32,883 nucleotides of DNA from Paraglomus brasilianum (lineage: Eukaryota): the NCBI GenBank assembly GCA_910592345.1, contig CAJVPI010000368.1, positions 1 to 32,883 of the forward strand, in the 5' to 3' direction. This document shows, in pieces, positions 11,638 through 24,975 of the stretch. The notes below the pieces were generated by a model that saw nothing but the letters and a program-made list of their open reading frames with translations, was not told the origin of the DNA and made no database searches. Made by a program: the position numbers and the translations under genes. The number at the start of each line of letters is the position of its first letter. The stretch's first letter is position 1.

Positions 11638-12827
11638 CCCTTAAACCGTCTAGCGGGCAAGCTTAAATTAATTTTGACCAATCAATCTCCCCCTTTTCTA
11701 AGCCAAAATGAAAGTGTAGGCACTATCGTTCTTCGGATTAGCGGGTTCTATAAACCGAAGTGTATATTCAGGGAAACATACGTTTGGATAAACGGGGTAA
11801 GTGCTCAAGCTGCCAGATAATATATATCGTAAACACTACTCTTTATTCGTTTATAACATAAGCTTACTACACTAGCAGCTTGTGAAATAACTGCTTATTT
11901 GAGATTAAACCTTAAAGTCAGAGATTGATTGACGTATTTTTTTTTTTACATTAATTTAACTCATTGTTCTAGGAAAGTTATTAACAGTTTTTTATAGACA
12001 AATATAATTGGTCGAAATATGCTCAACATTCAGTTTACAAAGGTGGATGATATTATTGGCTTAAATAAATTGTTACTCATTTTATTCGGGGTAAATTTTG
12101 ATATAGAAATCTTCGGTTTACGATTTATGGAGGTTTAATAGTAACTTCGGTTTGTCGGACATGCTAAAGTGCGGATTTCAAAAAAAGGTTCGGTCTAACG
12201 GGGTTTTCAGCTTATCGGGTTTGGGTTTGACCTTGTACCACAAAAAAGAAATACTGTTGGCACATTCTCTATGTCCCCTATATAATAGTAACCTAATATA
12301 CCATGGAAGGTATGTCAGACAAAATACATTACTTTCAAGTTCAACTTTTCTCTTACTCTTGAAACTACAGAACAATATACTGATAAGGATGAAGAATATG
12401 TACCATCTCGTCATCTCATAGACGATCTAGAATCAGACATTGCAGAGGATGGAGAAGAGGACACCTAAAATTAATCTTCGTAAATTATTCAGCGGACTAA
12501 CCTTAATAACGGAAAAATCTTTTATGAACATGTATCCATGTTATATAGTACATTTCTTTGTCCAGATGTGTAGTAGTTGAAATGAATTGCTTGAGCAGTC
12601 ATTCAGAATAACCCGTGGCTGGAGCTGCCAAATTTCACCTAACTTGAAATTAAGCCATTTGTTTGGGACGTATGACATACGCCAGTGTGTGGCTTTATTA
12701 TTATCATGTAGCCTGACTTTTCAGGAGTTGTTCCAGTTAATTTAAACTAAGCTTTAGTATAAAAAATTTGTCCCGTGCTCTATTTTTTAGCGGGTAAATT
12801 TTCCCGCTAAAACGGACGGTTTAAGGG
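11638..12827. mobile_element. 1190-bp non-autonomous TIR DNA transposon (CCC...GGG termini, superfamily uncertain)
   Basis: Absent from the paralogous site in A (about 5361-5380). Perfect TIR CCCTTAAACCGTC / GACGGTTTAAGGG; subterminal TAGCGGG motifs; hairpin TTTTAGCGGG...CCCGCTAAAA at about 12785-12812; flanked by AT/AT. No recognisable transposase. Confidence 0.85.
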
Positions 12828-13919
12828 ATACGACCATAACTGTCCAGTCGTATTTATCCGGTCATATTACTGTATTCCGGAAATGGAAAAGGTTACAAAG
12901 CTGATTTGAAAAAACGTTGAAGTTGACTGCCGATAATTTGTCTCCCTATAATTCGATTTCCCTATAATTTGATTGTTCTTCCTTAAGTACGTTTGTCGTT
13001 AATTCGACCTGTACGTTAATTCGCCCGATGATTCTGGCACGAATTAATATTAAAGGCAGTTGCCACGTTAATTAATATATAATTGCGTATTACATGTAAT
13101 CTCTGTTGTAAAACCAAATACTATAAAACAAATAATTAGCTTACTTTTTTGGGTAAGTAACGTTTAATGATGTTGTATTACATACTAGCCATAGTCTTAT
13201 GTAATCTGAATCAGTACCTATTAATTAGTGCCACAAGTTTCGCAGGTTATAGAAACTAGAAACACGCATACTTACTCAGTTATTACATACGCATTTCCTT
13301 CTCTTCGCCGGTAAGTAATCAACAAATATTTTACTTGAATAAAATTTATTCGATTTATTGCATGACAATTCTATACATCACAATATCAAAAGATACTATT
13401 ACTCAAATACAGTACATGATACGCGCCGAACCCTCTTTAATATCCTCTCTATTGGCAACAGTGGTGACAGAACATTTTTTTGTTTCCGCCCACCACCAAG
13501 ACAACATTAACATTGTGAGACATGGTTTTATCAAGTGCTTGAAGAATAAGACTTGGCAATATTTCTAATCATTGTGGAATGAAAGCATGTAAGGCAACTC
13601 CTTATATTGCACATTTTAGTCCCCTGATTTCTGCTTACATTGTCATACTGATCAAATCAACTGGTTAACAGCACAACAACAAATGGCTAATTGCTAAATA
13701 AAGCAATAAATTTGCAAGAGAATTTGCATACAGGTTTTTATGACAAGTAGAGCTATTGCAACAATGTAACTTCAGCTTAGTGGAGATCAAGCCAATAACA
13801 ATTATGCAAATTTATTTCCTCATACTTATACTGTGATTCTAATACAATGATTATACAGCATTTATTGATACCAATTCCAATCACCAAGCTTTGCAATAAT
13901 GATGTAAACAAAACTTAAA

Positions 13920-15433
13920 TCAAACTTTTGAAACTAGAAACACCTCCCAATCAACCCATTCAAATCTGTCTGATGAGTTTCTTATTGGAACTTCATATGT
14001 ATTTTTGTTAGCATAAGGTTTGTCATCTGCTGTGCCATTACCAAAAAACAAATCATAGCCTAGTCCAAAGCAAGGAAAATAATCACTATGATCAAGAATG
14101 GTATCACTACCTGACTGATTACCAAAACTTACTATACTTTTATCTAAGTCTTTATCTAATGCAAATATAAAACTTTCTTTAGTGTCAACCCACACGTTTT
14201 TGAAGCTCCATGCAATTGGGTTATATCCACCAAGTATTTCTTCAGTACCCAACACTTTCCCAACAGCAATTGTGGGCCCTTTATTATTACACAATTCTCT
14301 AAAATTTGCAACTGTGTTACCATTTCTACTTTGTCTATAAAGTAGAGTAAATTTATGACCACCTTGCACCATAGCTGTCCTTTGATTCTCTTGAAGTCGC
14401 CTTGTTGATTCAACAATTTTTGATGAGATCCATACTGCTTGCTTTTTGTTAACGATAAGTGAATCAATATCAGGTTTTTGTCCTATTCTTGGTGGCAACA
14501 TTGGGATTTTTGATTGATAATCTTTTTCACGTGACAATTCAGTATATCATGACGTAACTTCTTTGGTAACAAATCATCATACAGAACAACCTTGTCAGGA
14601 GAGATACTGACAAATCTTATATGAGGTATAAAATCTGCTATAATATCTTTGACTGTGTTACTGTCACTAGATGACCATTCATCTGGATCAGTTCCAAGTT
14701 CTAGTTCAGACACTTGTTTGGTAGCCCATTGAATGACTGACATCCAAATATCATCTTCATCCATGCTAAGCTCATCATTTTTGAGGAGAGTGATCAAAGT
14801 CTCCTTTGGTAGGGTTGCAAGATTATTTGATTTAAAGACAATATCTGGGTGTGAAACGAGAATTCGATTGCAATATCCCAGGAGCCTGCTCAAAGGGGCA
14901 GAGGAGAGAGCATACTTGTGAACTGTGATAATATTCTCTTGAATCCATTCCTTTTGTTTATCAATCAAATAAACTTCAATTGCAGTGAGGAGGTCAAGTA
15001 GTTCAAACTTTTTAGCTCCATCCAGAAGACTAAACCAACTCAGATTCTCACATAAATCATAGGGCACTTGCCCAGTGTAAATAAACCTATGAATTAACAG
15101 TGATAGTGAGTATGAGTATGAATGTCAACAGTGAAGCTTACAGTATATACACTGTTCTAATGTTCTAAATTATGAAGTTTACCTAAGCAAGATTTCGAAA
15201 ACATCAGGTGACACATCTTCAAACGTAATTACATCCTTTTGAATCTCTGTATTTTCCGCAAGGTTATTCTCAAGAAAGGTACTTCTAGTGCATAATACCA
15301 AAGTATGTGCATGAAATATTTTGTCATTCGGCGCCTTTCCAACATAAATTGAAGCATCTGTATATTTGCCGCTTTTGTAAAGCTTTTCATAGTCTGATGA
15401 AAGGCCTGATGACAAATCAACTATATTATTCAT
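13920..15433 (-). CDS. BTB/POZ-BACK-TLDc domain protein with a single frameshift (about 472 aa if repaired); pseudogene or sequence error
   Basis: Exon 1 15433-15183 (DASIYVG...FHAHTLVLCTRSTF...EDVSPDVFEILLR), intron 15182-15087, exon 2 from 15086 (FIYTG; BACK LITLLKNDELSMDEDDIWMSVIQW; TLDc LLYRQSRNG...CNNKGPT...GGYNPIAW...ESFIF...EVF). The frame changes at the T5 run 14523-14527. Confidence 0.9.
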
Positions 15434-17370
15434 TTTGTACAGTGTCTAAAAAAGATGTTTATCGATTATATCTTTAAACGATCTCAAACAGAGCTTAGTT
15501 CTCAAACAGCTTTTGTCGATCACATGTGTAACGTAGATACTCGATAAAGTATGACTGTTTCTGCTTAGAGCATTTATTAATCATTATTACTAGAGTAACC
15601 GAGAAAGATATAGAATTGCTAAACATCTTCGCAGCTTCAGATCAATACTAGAGTAGTCATTTAATAAGACAGCAGCCGATAAATTAGGTGGTGGGAATGG
15701 ATCGTATACTGCAATTGTGTTATCCAACTATTCAAATACATCCGGGATGATAGGTTTCAGTATAGGTATCTTCTTGCCACGCGCCTCTTTGATTGAAAAA
15801 ATGTGTTCCGTATATCATAGACATGTCCAACCGTCGAAAACATTATGTCCATTGGCTCTGGGCCTAACGAATAACATAATAACAGTAAACTGAATCAAGC
15901 ATCTACAACATTTTACGCTACTTTCTAGTACATCAATTATCACTCCCGCTGGTTTTGTATCAGCCTTCCCGTGAATGTCTCTTCCTATAATCCCTCTTCT
16001 CCTTCTGCCCTTTCATTATCGTTGTCTCCCTCTCTCTGACCGATCTACTAATAATGGTTGCGTTTTGGCCGTCCTCTTTCACAACAGCCTTGTATTGGCG
16101 ATAGAATTTGTTGTGCTCAAATTGATGGTGGCTCTGCCCTTTTTGATTATGTAGCATGTTAATTATAATGTTCATCCAGTAAAATCAAACTCCAATTTAA
16201 ACGGATGTCGTAATTACGTCGGTTTGGTTTTGACGTAAATTAATTCCTGCCGTCTTTGACAGTTTTTGTGAGGTAGTACTTTGGAGATCAACGAGTCTAT
16301 CCGATTAATATGAAGGTATTTTATTCATTGCCAGAAGGAAGTTCTCATGTATGTAAAATTAACAAGCACCTGCTTCAGTAATAACTGTGCAGATATAGTC
16401 CCTTATGCCTTTGACATTGGTATCAACTCAAGTCGTAATGGAATATGTATGCTTTTCAAAATTGACTTCTGATATTGGACATTAAGAAAAATCGGAATAT
16501 TATCATTATCTTATCATGTTATCTACTGGTTTACATCTCTCGCATCAAAGAACTTACCACATCCGATATCATTCCTACAGTCTCAGTTTGCACCCTGTTA
16601 ACAGCAGTGACATACTTGGATTATTCGCGAGAGAATCTGATTGATACGCAAGGCATGATTCGCTAGTCGGGTTACTTCAAAATTACGTGAGACCGAGTAC
16701 ACGGCAAGTCCACTGAATTAACAAAACTTTCTTCTGAGATTGTTTGTTTAAATCATGTCATGTATAATTGTCATTAAGGAAGTTCTGTAAGTATCAATGC
16801 TTAGTCTAGGTCATTAAAAAAACATAAATAAGTAACATATAAAGGTGAAAGCTACCCAAGAATGTTCTTTACTTTAACTCTGGGCTATTGTTTAAAATAG
16901 GGTGGAAAGTGTATGATTAAATGATGGAATGCTATTCCTACTATATCCAAAGATGTTTAGTTATTAGTAAGAGAGATGGAAGCAATCATTGAAAAAATGG
17001 TAAATGGTATTTTATTTAATAAAGACTACAATTTTTAGCTTCAACTAAATACATTACATATTGCTCAGAGCAATCAATGGTCATGATAAATATCAAACTT
17101 TGCAATAAAATTGTAATATGATAATGAATATGATATATGATACAATGATACCCCCTTCCCGTGAATTGACTTATTTCTATGTGTTCTCACCAGCTATCGA
17201 GCAATCCGTTGTGGAATTGAGCTGGCATATGTGTGCCAATCGGCCTTCTTTGTATTTACAGTATTAGGTATAAAGAATTGTGCAATCAGATAGTTCGCGC
17301 ATGATATAACAATCGGTTGAATTGTCTGCTCTTGGTGACCGCCATGTTGATTGCTTTGTCCTAGTCTATC

Positions 17371-20300
17371 TCATTCACCCTCCTCCGATAGTACATCAGC
17401 AGTGACGAGCGTTTCATCTTTTGGTATGCTGCGTCTTTGTTTCTTTTCCCCCCATCTTATATATCCATCATAAACATGTCCGATAATATTAGACGTCAAG
17501 ATGGTACTGCTCATTATCAATGACAAGAATGGAATAATATCATATGAGACTGTTAAACGTCTATACAATATCTACGAATGGCAACAAATTCGATAGTTAG
17601 CATATAAAATTCGTATCATTGTGATTATACAATGTTATCTTTACATACCTGAACGATCAACTGAGGAATATCTTCAATAAACAAATTCAATGTGCTACCC
17701 CAGAAAACCTGATTCAGTGCAACCTTTGACAATGGTGCCGAAAACATCTGCAAGCCAGCAAATTTGGATCCGAGTAGAGTGATAGCCTCAACGTCAGAAC
17801 CTGCTAACAGAGTAAGCATTGAAGCTACTTTTACATTCCGACTAAACCACTTTTGAAAATCGGCGTTTTTGCTTATTTCCCTCAATAAGATTGAGAATGC
17901 CAGGCCAGAATTGAAGATGATAGGGACTATTAAAAAGATTATACTGGAATTGAACAAAATAAACAAGTTTAAATTTGATGACTATATATCATATTCGCAA
18001 ATAATCGTGAGCTAAAAATGGGTAATACCTTGGTGTACGTAATTCCGGAACGTTTTTCGTGCTTGAAAGTACAAATGCTATGTCGAGACTCAAATCTACC
18101 AGTATTAGCGCAAGCTTTACGACAATAAAACTTTGACCCTGGTGAAGATGATTTCGGTGTTAAAAATCGTGTCGTTTATACAAAAGACAGTATATGTAGG
18201 ACAGCTCACCTCTGGATATTTCCTTCTCGCGAAAAAATATATTATTAACAACACCAAGAGACCAACCAACACTCCAATTAGTTTAAATTTATAAGCATCC
18301 CACAGATTGGCTAGAAAAGTTCCATCGATAGCGTATTAGTTATAGCATTCAAAATAATAAAAAGAAGCTTAAAACTTTGCAATTTGCATACCAGCAGGTG
18401 AAAACCCGTATGTTTCATCTAGGTAACTAGTAGGGTACTCTTGTGAAAACGCGTTATAGTCCTTGTTTTTAATTAAATCATCAAGATCATCAATAATCTG
18501 CTGTACTGTTCTCTGTGATTGATCACTAGTTGACTTGAGGGTGACGGGAAATAATATCTGATAATCCGGTGCATTAGGATCAGGTTGATTGCGTCTGTTG
18601 GTGGTTATACGTGATGGATCAACAGGGACGAGCTCAGCAATCTTGGCAACCAAAGAATCTAAGAAAGAGTTCTTCTCATCAGTAGATAATTGTTCAAATA
18701 AACTCGTTCCTTCAGCCGTCAACCTTAAAAGACCTGCCGTGGTATCTAATTACGTATAGAAGGAATAAAACTATCAGTCTGTTGTACTTGCACACTTTTT
18801 ATAAATCGTGGGCAGTGATGCTTTACCTGTATATTTTCCTTCAGTATCAGTCGAGGCTAATAAATATAAGATTACCGTAAGCAAACAATATTCAACAAGT
18901 AAGAGAACATTACTGTTTGTAAAGTGCATACCTCCATAATACACCCAATTCCCCTTTGTCACTCCGGTAAGTGGCTGGTTTAAACTCTTACTCATTAAGA
19001 AATCATTATCCACAACGACATCATACGTAGCACCAGGCTGATTGAAAGTGCTCTTGAATATTTGACATGTAACCGCCGAGTCATTCGACGACACAATCGT
19101 ACAAAAACCAGATTTTGCGCTGAATCCCTGTCTGAGAATAGAATTTCCATCATCTTTTGCTTGGTAAATTGAAATGTTTTGCACCGAAAGAGCAATCTGA
19201 TCCCTGAATGTCAATGTAATGTTTGGAGTATCAGAAGATACAGAGGAGCCTGATGGCGGAATTGACGAATTCACGAGAAGGTTCTTGAATCCAGCGTCTG
19301 AAGGGCATAAGAGTGTGACAATTATTAAAGTGTAAAAAGACATTGATGTAATACACGTGGTCAATAACTCTAAACAGACTCTGAGATTATAAGAAGTACT
19401 CACCTTCCTGCAATAACTTGTTAAGGGGTATTAAAATTGCGGATAAGTTTCCGTCCTGAACTTGTCCTATCCACACAGTGTTATTCGGAAATACTGCAAA
19501 ATCACCAAGATAAGGGTCTGGCAACCCAAAGGTCTGGATATTTACTCCATCTTTATCCCTGACAGATACTTCAGGAACAGGCGTGGGAATATCGTTACGA
19601 TTCACAATAATTTCTAGAAACAGAAATCCGCCATACGGCAGTTGCCGTATTCCATATACTTCTTTTCGATTGTCAGTGTTTGCACTAGCTGCTATCACGT
19701 TGATTTCGGTTACAGAACCGCTAGATAGGAATGCTACTCTCACATAATCCCAAGCAATATAATCATTCGCAAATTGATGAACACCATCCTCGGAAGGAAT
19801 CTGTATAATACAAAAGTATCCTGATCCGTCGACAGCCACTTCGCACCCCTTTAGCGAAAAGTATGTGTCAACAAGTGGGTTGGGGTTCTGCCAAACTAGA
19901 CGGGGCGTGTCGAATTGTGAAGAACCAGGTTGCAAGAATGTAACATACAAGAGCCATTGTGGAAAAGAGCAGAATACTTTCGTGTTGCGTGGATCCTGAG
20001 TGAATGTTGGTATACGTTTTAAAAGAGCTACACCATAACCGCCTTCTGTGGTAGGAAAGATTTCGTGATCGACCAGAATGTAGTTATTAGTTCCCATGAT
20101 GCTGCCTCCGTACAATTGGGTTATTTGACCCGTGTTATTGCTATTTAAAAGTAAATAAGGTTTAATCAAATGCCTTATCGAGTGGTTGCAATCGCGTTTA
20201 CTTACGGCGCATTGAAAATTTTCCATAAAACGGTATTTCCGTTTCTAGTTGCTACAAGAAAATCCCTATCCGGGTTGACGTTAACTTTTACTAGTGGCAA

Positions 20301-20813
20301 CGATTGACCGTCGACGGGAACATCAGTAAGGGTCACATTACTATCCACGAATATCGAAATAACATTAGTTTCGATACATCTTACTATAAATTCATCTATC
20401 AGCCACACCCCTTACCGTTGCAACACCTGCCCACTCCAATCAATCAACGTCCCGTATGCGCTTTTGTTGGCACTTTTCTGAATTGCGAACGTATACCCGT
20501 CGTTAAGCGGATAAGCATGCCTTAAGCAATCGGTATCAGTATCACAAACTAACGATACTGAAAATTTTGTAACCGTGTCGTTTGGATGTAGCAGACGTAT
20601 AAACAAGTTGTCGTCAGACTGATTGCGCAATACCAATTGCATCATCCCCGTGCCGTTTGGGTACGTATAGCCATACTTAGTAGGGTTTGAGGTTGCAATG
20701 AAATAAAGATTCTCAGCAGTCGTTTCGTACAATTGTACTGTATAAGTCCAAATTCCTGTAAATGAACAAAAAATAAGAACGAATAGCAAGAGATGGCGAA
20801 ACCGGTTGATCAT
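17371..20813 (-). CDS. Paralog C of the Ig/SEA/Xkr-like membrane protein (908 aa), the most diverged copy
   Basis: Exons 20813-20416, 20340-20206, 20140-19404, 19297-18932, 18856-18827, 18745-18392, 18310-18210, 18138-18029, 17943-17649, 17571-17371; total 2727 nt, in frame. Motifs VDLSLD and FIEDIPQLIVQ. Confidence 0.9.
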
Positions 20814-20827
20814 AATATGTGTGTGCG

Positions 20828-20846
20828 TGGGATGGGATGGGATGGG
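20828..20846. repeat. (GGGAT)n pentanucleotide microsatellite just upstream of the paralog C start codon
   Basis: TGGGATGGGATGGGATGGGA; A has a single CGGGATGGAA at the equivalent position and B lacks it. Confidence 0.7.
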
Positions 20847-21353
20847 AACTGATAATTAACAACTGAATTATGTTCGGGGTTGGTAGAATGAGATTCTCGG
20901 ATGAGAAAATCCAACTTTATATTGTTATCCCTGTTGTGTAATACTCCTCGTTTTAGATTGCATGCATGTTTTTTGATTTTTCATTTGTCTTTCAAAAACG
21001 TGCATTGTACAATTCTGCAAAGTGCAACGGTTTCTAACCTGAAAAGGGAATGTTTTTGTCATCCGTACCATAAAAAACGCATAAAGCTGTCCCAAATATT
21101 CCAACTTGTGCACCATATTAATATAAAAAAGATATCGGATCTTTCACGGTGTGCAACACTGACTGCAACACTGACTGCGGACAATCGCTTAGCACTACTA
21201 GACACTTCTTCTCCGTGTTTCTTATTGATTAACAATGACAACAATAAATGATATAACAGATTGTCTAAAATGACGCTAACATGCTCATTCAGTTAGCTAC
21301 CCAAAGACATATACCAATACGTACAGCACAGAAACAATGACTCGACAACTTCC

Positions 21354-21382
21354 ATTTGTAATCCGCAGCTACTGCGCATTAT
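21354..21382. promoter_or_regulatory. Conserved upstream dyad motif CGCAG-N3-CTGCG (copy C)
   Basis: ATTTGTAATCCGCAGCTACTGCGCATTAT, 26/29 identical to 5337-5365. Confidence 0.55.
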
Positions 21383-23743
21383 CAGGGAATATTAAATAAT
21401 GCTTTAGAAGTGATTCTTACGTATGAATCGTAGTTGATGATGTTCGGTATAGTTGTTGTATCGCATTGCAGTACACACATAATCACTTACATGTTAATAT
21501 ACCTTGGTTAAATATGTTAGGATGATTATTATGACTAATTTACGACACCAAATATGTGAGTCAAAAAAATATTGCGTCGGGACATATGTATCCAGAAAAA
21601 TATACTTAGTCAACTATTTTACCATGATAACAGCCTTGATCGCCAGTTTGTGTTGAGAATAATATTGCGTTAAAAAACTTTTATACACGCATATTCACAG
21701 TCAAGCAACTTTGCATAATATTGCGATTTACAATTCACATATCCCAACCAACCGACATACAGTACATCAAACAAGGACAGAATTAAAGCGCACAAGTATC
21801 TTATTGTCCAATGTCATGCTCGGCATACAATTTCTCGACATTTATTTCGCTTATTGACTCGGCATACGCACTCATATTGCAACTGCCTCGGTTAGTTAAA
21901 TTTGACTGCCGCCGTGATAGTAAGAATTGATATTGAAGGCAAGCGTGTTTGAATTCTTACTTGGGTGCTTGCCATTATATTCTGAACAATAATAACGAAA
22001 TAATGGAGTTAAAAGCTACAATATATTTTTTGCTTAGATGCTGGTACTTATTCTCCATCACCGATCCACTAATACGCGATAGTAATAGGATTGTTTAAAA
22101 TGTTAATTTTTGATTGAAATGGCTTCTTACGGCCATGCCTGACAAGTAAATTCTATTAATACGCGCATGTTATTGAAGCGACTACCCCTCGATGTGTCAA
22201 CAACATTACAGCAATATGGAAAGTTACCAGCTATTTGTTTGTCTTCGTTGAGAACCATACTATTTTTGCTATGCAAAACACGTTATTGAATTAAACTTTC
22301 TCTCCATTTGAAGAGGCTATATCCAGTAAATATTATCAATACGGAGCGAGTTTTCCCTAACGATAGAGTACGACATTACAGTTGATTATTGACAGCACAA
22401 TAACAATTTTTATATAAATAGGAGTAAATTTTCGTTCTGTTCTAGGTGTTAGTGTTTCCATATTCCTGAAACAATTAATAAATAATGGCCTATCGATTGA
22501 ACATAAGAATTAGCAAAGATAATACGACAGACGGAGATCTTAATATTACAACCAATAATCGATGATCCATTTGCCGCTTATTTACAGTAACTTGTATAAA
22601 AAAATTTTTGTATTGGCGTTAAAAGCAATATATTTTAAGTTTATTGTATGTCTGTATACAAAACTGACCTGTATCATTCAATGCAGAAAATCTCTTCGCC
22701 AACAAATTTTAATTTATATTATTTTCACATACGCGTGCGTGGTGAATATCACGATAAGGAAAATCAAATAGCGAGTTGTCATCAGATTTGAAATGTTCAA
22801 GCTATAATAAAAAACTCACTCTTCAAATTCTCTACAAACTTGTATTCATAAGCAGACCTTGAATATAGCGTTAAACGATGCTGAATCAGCTTCCAAAGGC
22901 TTTCGCATTAAAGACAAGTCAAAAAAGTCACGTACAACGAGGCAGGTAACTGATAGTTGAGAACGCTTGCCTCAGAAGTAAAATTATTTCCCTCAAGTTG
23001 TTTTATGGACGAAAATGGTATTTTGTAAAAAACTAGCCAAGTTAACACTAATAACAGATCACAATGCATATGATGTAACCATCAGCTGACTGGCACTATC
23101 ATATTGTCGACTTTTATGATTGGTAATTATATACCTGACAACAAATACAAATATGGTGCGAAGAGGGCATTAATTTGGTTAGCGTCATGCAGCAAAAGAC
23201 GGACTGTTTTTAATTTAAAAAATAATCGATTTCAATTTCAATTTCAATTCAATTAGGGAGGACAGGCGTTTATATATGTTTCAGATTCAACAAAAAATCG
23301 ATAAATTTTAGTGAAACACTCCTGAAATAGGCATCACTTTATCAATGTACAACGTAATTCTCGGATGGATAACATGATCACCAGTTATCACGCCACTTGT
23401 ATTATGTATTCTCATCGTAATGGAAAGGCACAATTCTTTTATTTTATTGGATGGATAAATAATCACACACATTATTTGTGTGGGAGTTAAACCGGCAACA
23501 CAGCATCTGACCTTATAAAAATGTAACGTGATGTAAAGATTATGGATGAATCATGATCATCGTAATCACCTTATCAAAGCATATGATCTTTAAATAAATT
23601 GCTTAATGCTATTGGGGTAAATAAAATAGTCATCTAATAATGCTTGCTACATTTGTATTATGTGTTCAATTTTGCTCCTATTACTATGGAGAACATAAAC
23701 ATACGTTACACTCGAATGATCACCGATGATTCTCGATGTAACG

Positions 23744-24225
23744 TGACCCCTTTATCATCCCCTATCATCTCTTACATTTGTCCCAACTCTCCTCCTATTT
23801 CATCAAGTCTTATCATCCTCAGTTTCAACCTCCCTATTAACTCTCTAAACACTAACTCTCTTTGGTCCAATCTCCAGCATAAGCTTATCAATCACTCTAA
23901 TCTGTTGTCCTCTCATAATTTACCTCTCAAAGGTAAAATCCTAATATCCAAATCCTTACTCTGGTACTACACTCCTATTTGCCCCCACTTCCAGACTTCA
24001 AAACATAATTAACAAATTTATTTGGGGCACTTCATATATATTTCCCATGGTGGCATTTCTTTTCCAAATTTCAAACTTGAATGCCAAATCTGCTCAGCTA
24101 AATTAATCTTCCCAAGCTTTTACTCCAAATCCACCATTCTGGACCAAATAACTCAACCATTTCACTACCGCTAAATTCTCACAGTCTCTTCCATCATGCA
24201 TTCTTAATCACTGAGAAACTCACCT
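23744..24225 (+). mobile_element. Decayed non-LTR retrotransposon (L1/Tx1-like) ORF2 fragment, region downstream of the RT core
   Basis: LSSHNLPLKGKILISKSLLWY, and after a frame break GGISFPNFKLECQICSAKL, resemble the LS.xGK..L.KSL...WY and GGL..P motifs of L1/Tx1 ORF2; strong C/T skew; stops and frameshifts. Confidence 0.7.
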
Positions 24226-24228
24226 CAA

Positions 24229-24975
24229 AATAGATTCAATCCTTTGGTCAAAATTCCAACACGACAGAAACTTAGCAATAAAGTCCTCGTAGAGGTGCAG
24301 AAAAATTGGAGATTAGAATTACAAAAATCCAATGAACCTGTTACGTTAATGTTCGATGGGTGGAAAAACGTTTCGTTGCCAGGAAGTATTGGGTGCAGTT
24401 TTGTTATCTCCATCAAATCAAATATACATCTGGGGTGCCGAGGATATTAGTATGGAGAGTCAGAAAACACCGGATGTGATGCGAACGATGCGTGCGTTTT
24501 TGCAGGGGGCAGAGAATCAAAACACACGTATTGGAACAATTATTACAGATACAGCAAAGGATGCGATTGATGTAGTGGCATATTTTACCGACAAGCGTCA
24601 CAGTAAAGTATCGGAAATTTGCGTGCTGAACAACAACGCATATACAATACAACTTACAGCTTTATTCGTCCAATAACAACACGGTGGATTTTGTTTTGCA
24701 AGTTTGTTGCGAAGCAGACGTGCTCTCTGGTCATATTCTATTATGCATCCTAATTCGAATACATTATCGGATAATGTACGCAGAGCGATTGATAACACCG
24801 TTTTCTGAAATCATCTTAAAAAATTGACAGATTATCTTCTACCCTTTGTGAGTATATTGGATCACTTACAACGAGACGCAGCAACATCTTTCGGATATAA
24901 TTCCTTCAAACAATAACTTAAACTGATCACCAGTTTTTCGTCGATCATATTGCGCATCACCTCGCACGTTGGCGT
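24229..24975 (+). mobile_element. Decayed hAT-superfamily transposase remnant
   Basis: Across frameshifts: KIPTRQKLS, VTLMFDGWKN (first catalytic D), IGTIITD (second D), FIRPITTRW (TRW motif), NTVF*NHLKKLTDYLLPFVSILDHLQRD. The CxxH region appears deleted. Confidence 0.85.

Noticed and set aside
12152..12470. ORFs and an acidic stretch (DDLESDIAEDGEEDT*) inside the 1.2-kb element
   Set aside because: No transposase motif is recognisable; at most a captured or decayed fragment.
20901..23640. Short ORFs and small tandem repeats (GCAACACTGACT x2 near 21153, TTCAAT run near 23231)
   Set aside because: No coding signal or splice-consistent model; ordinary AT-rich intergenic DNA.
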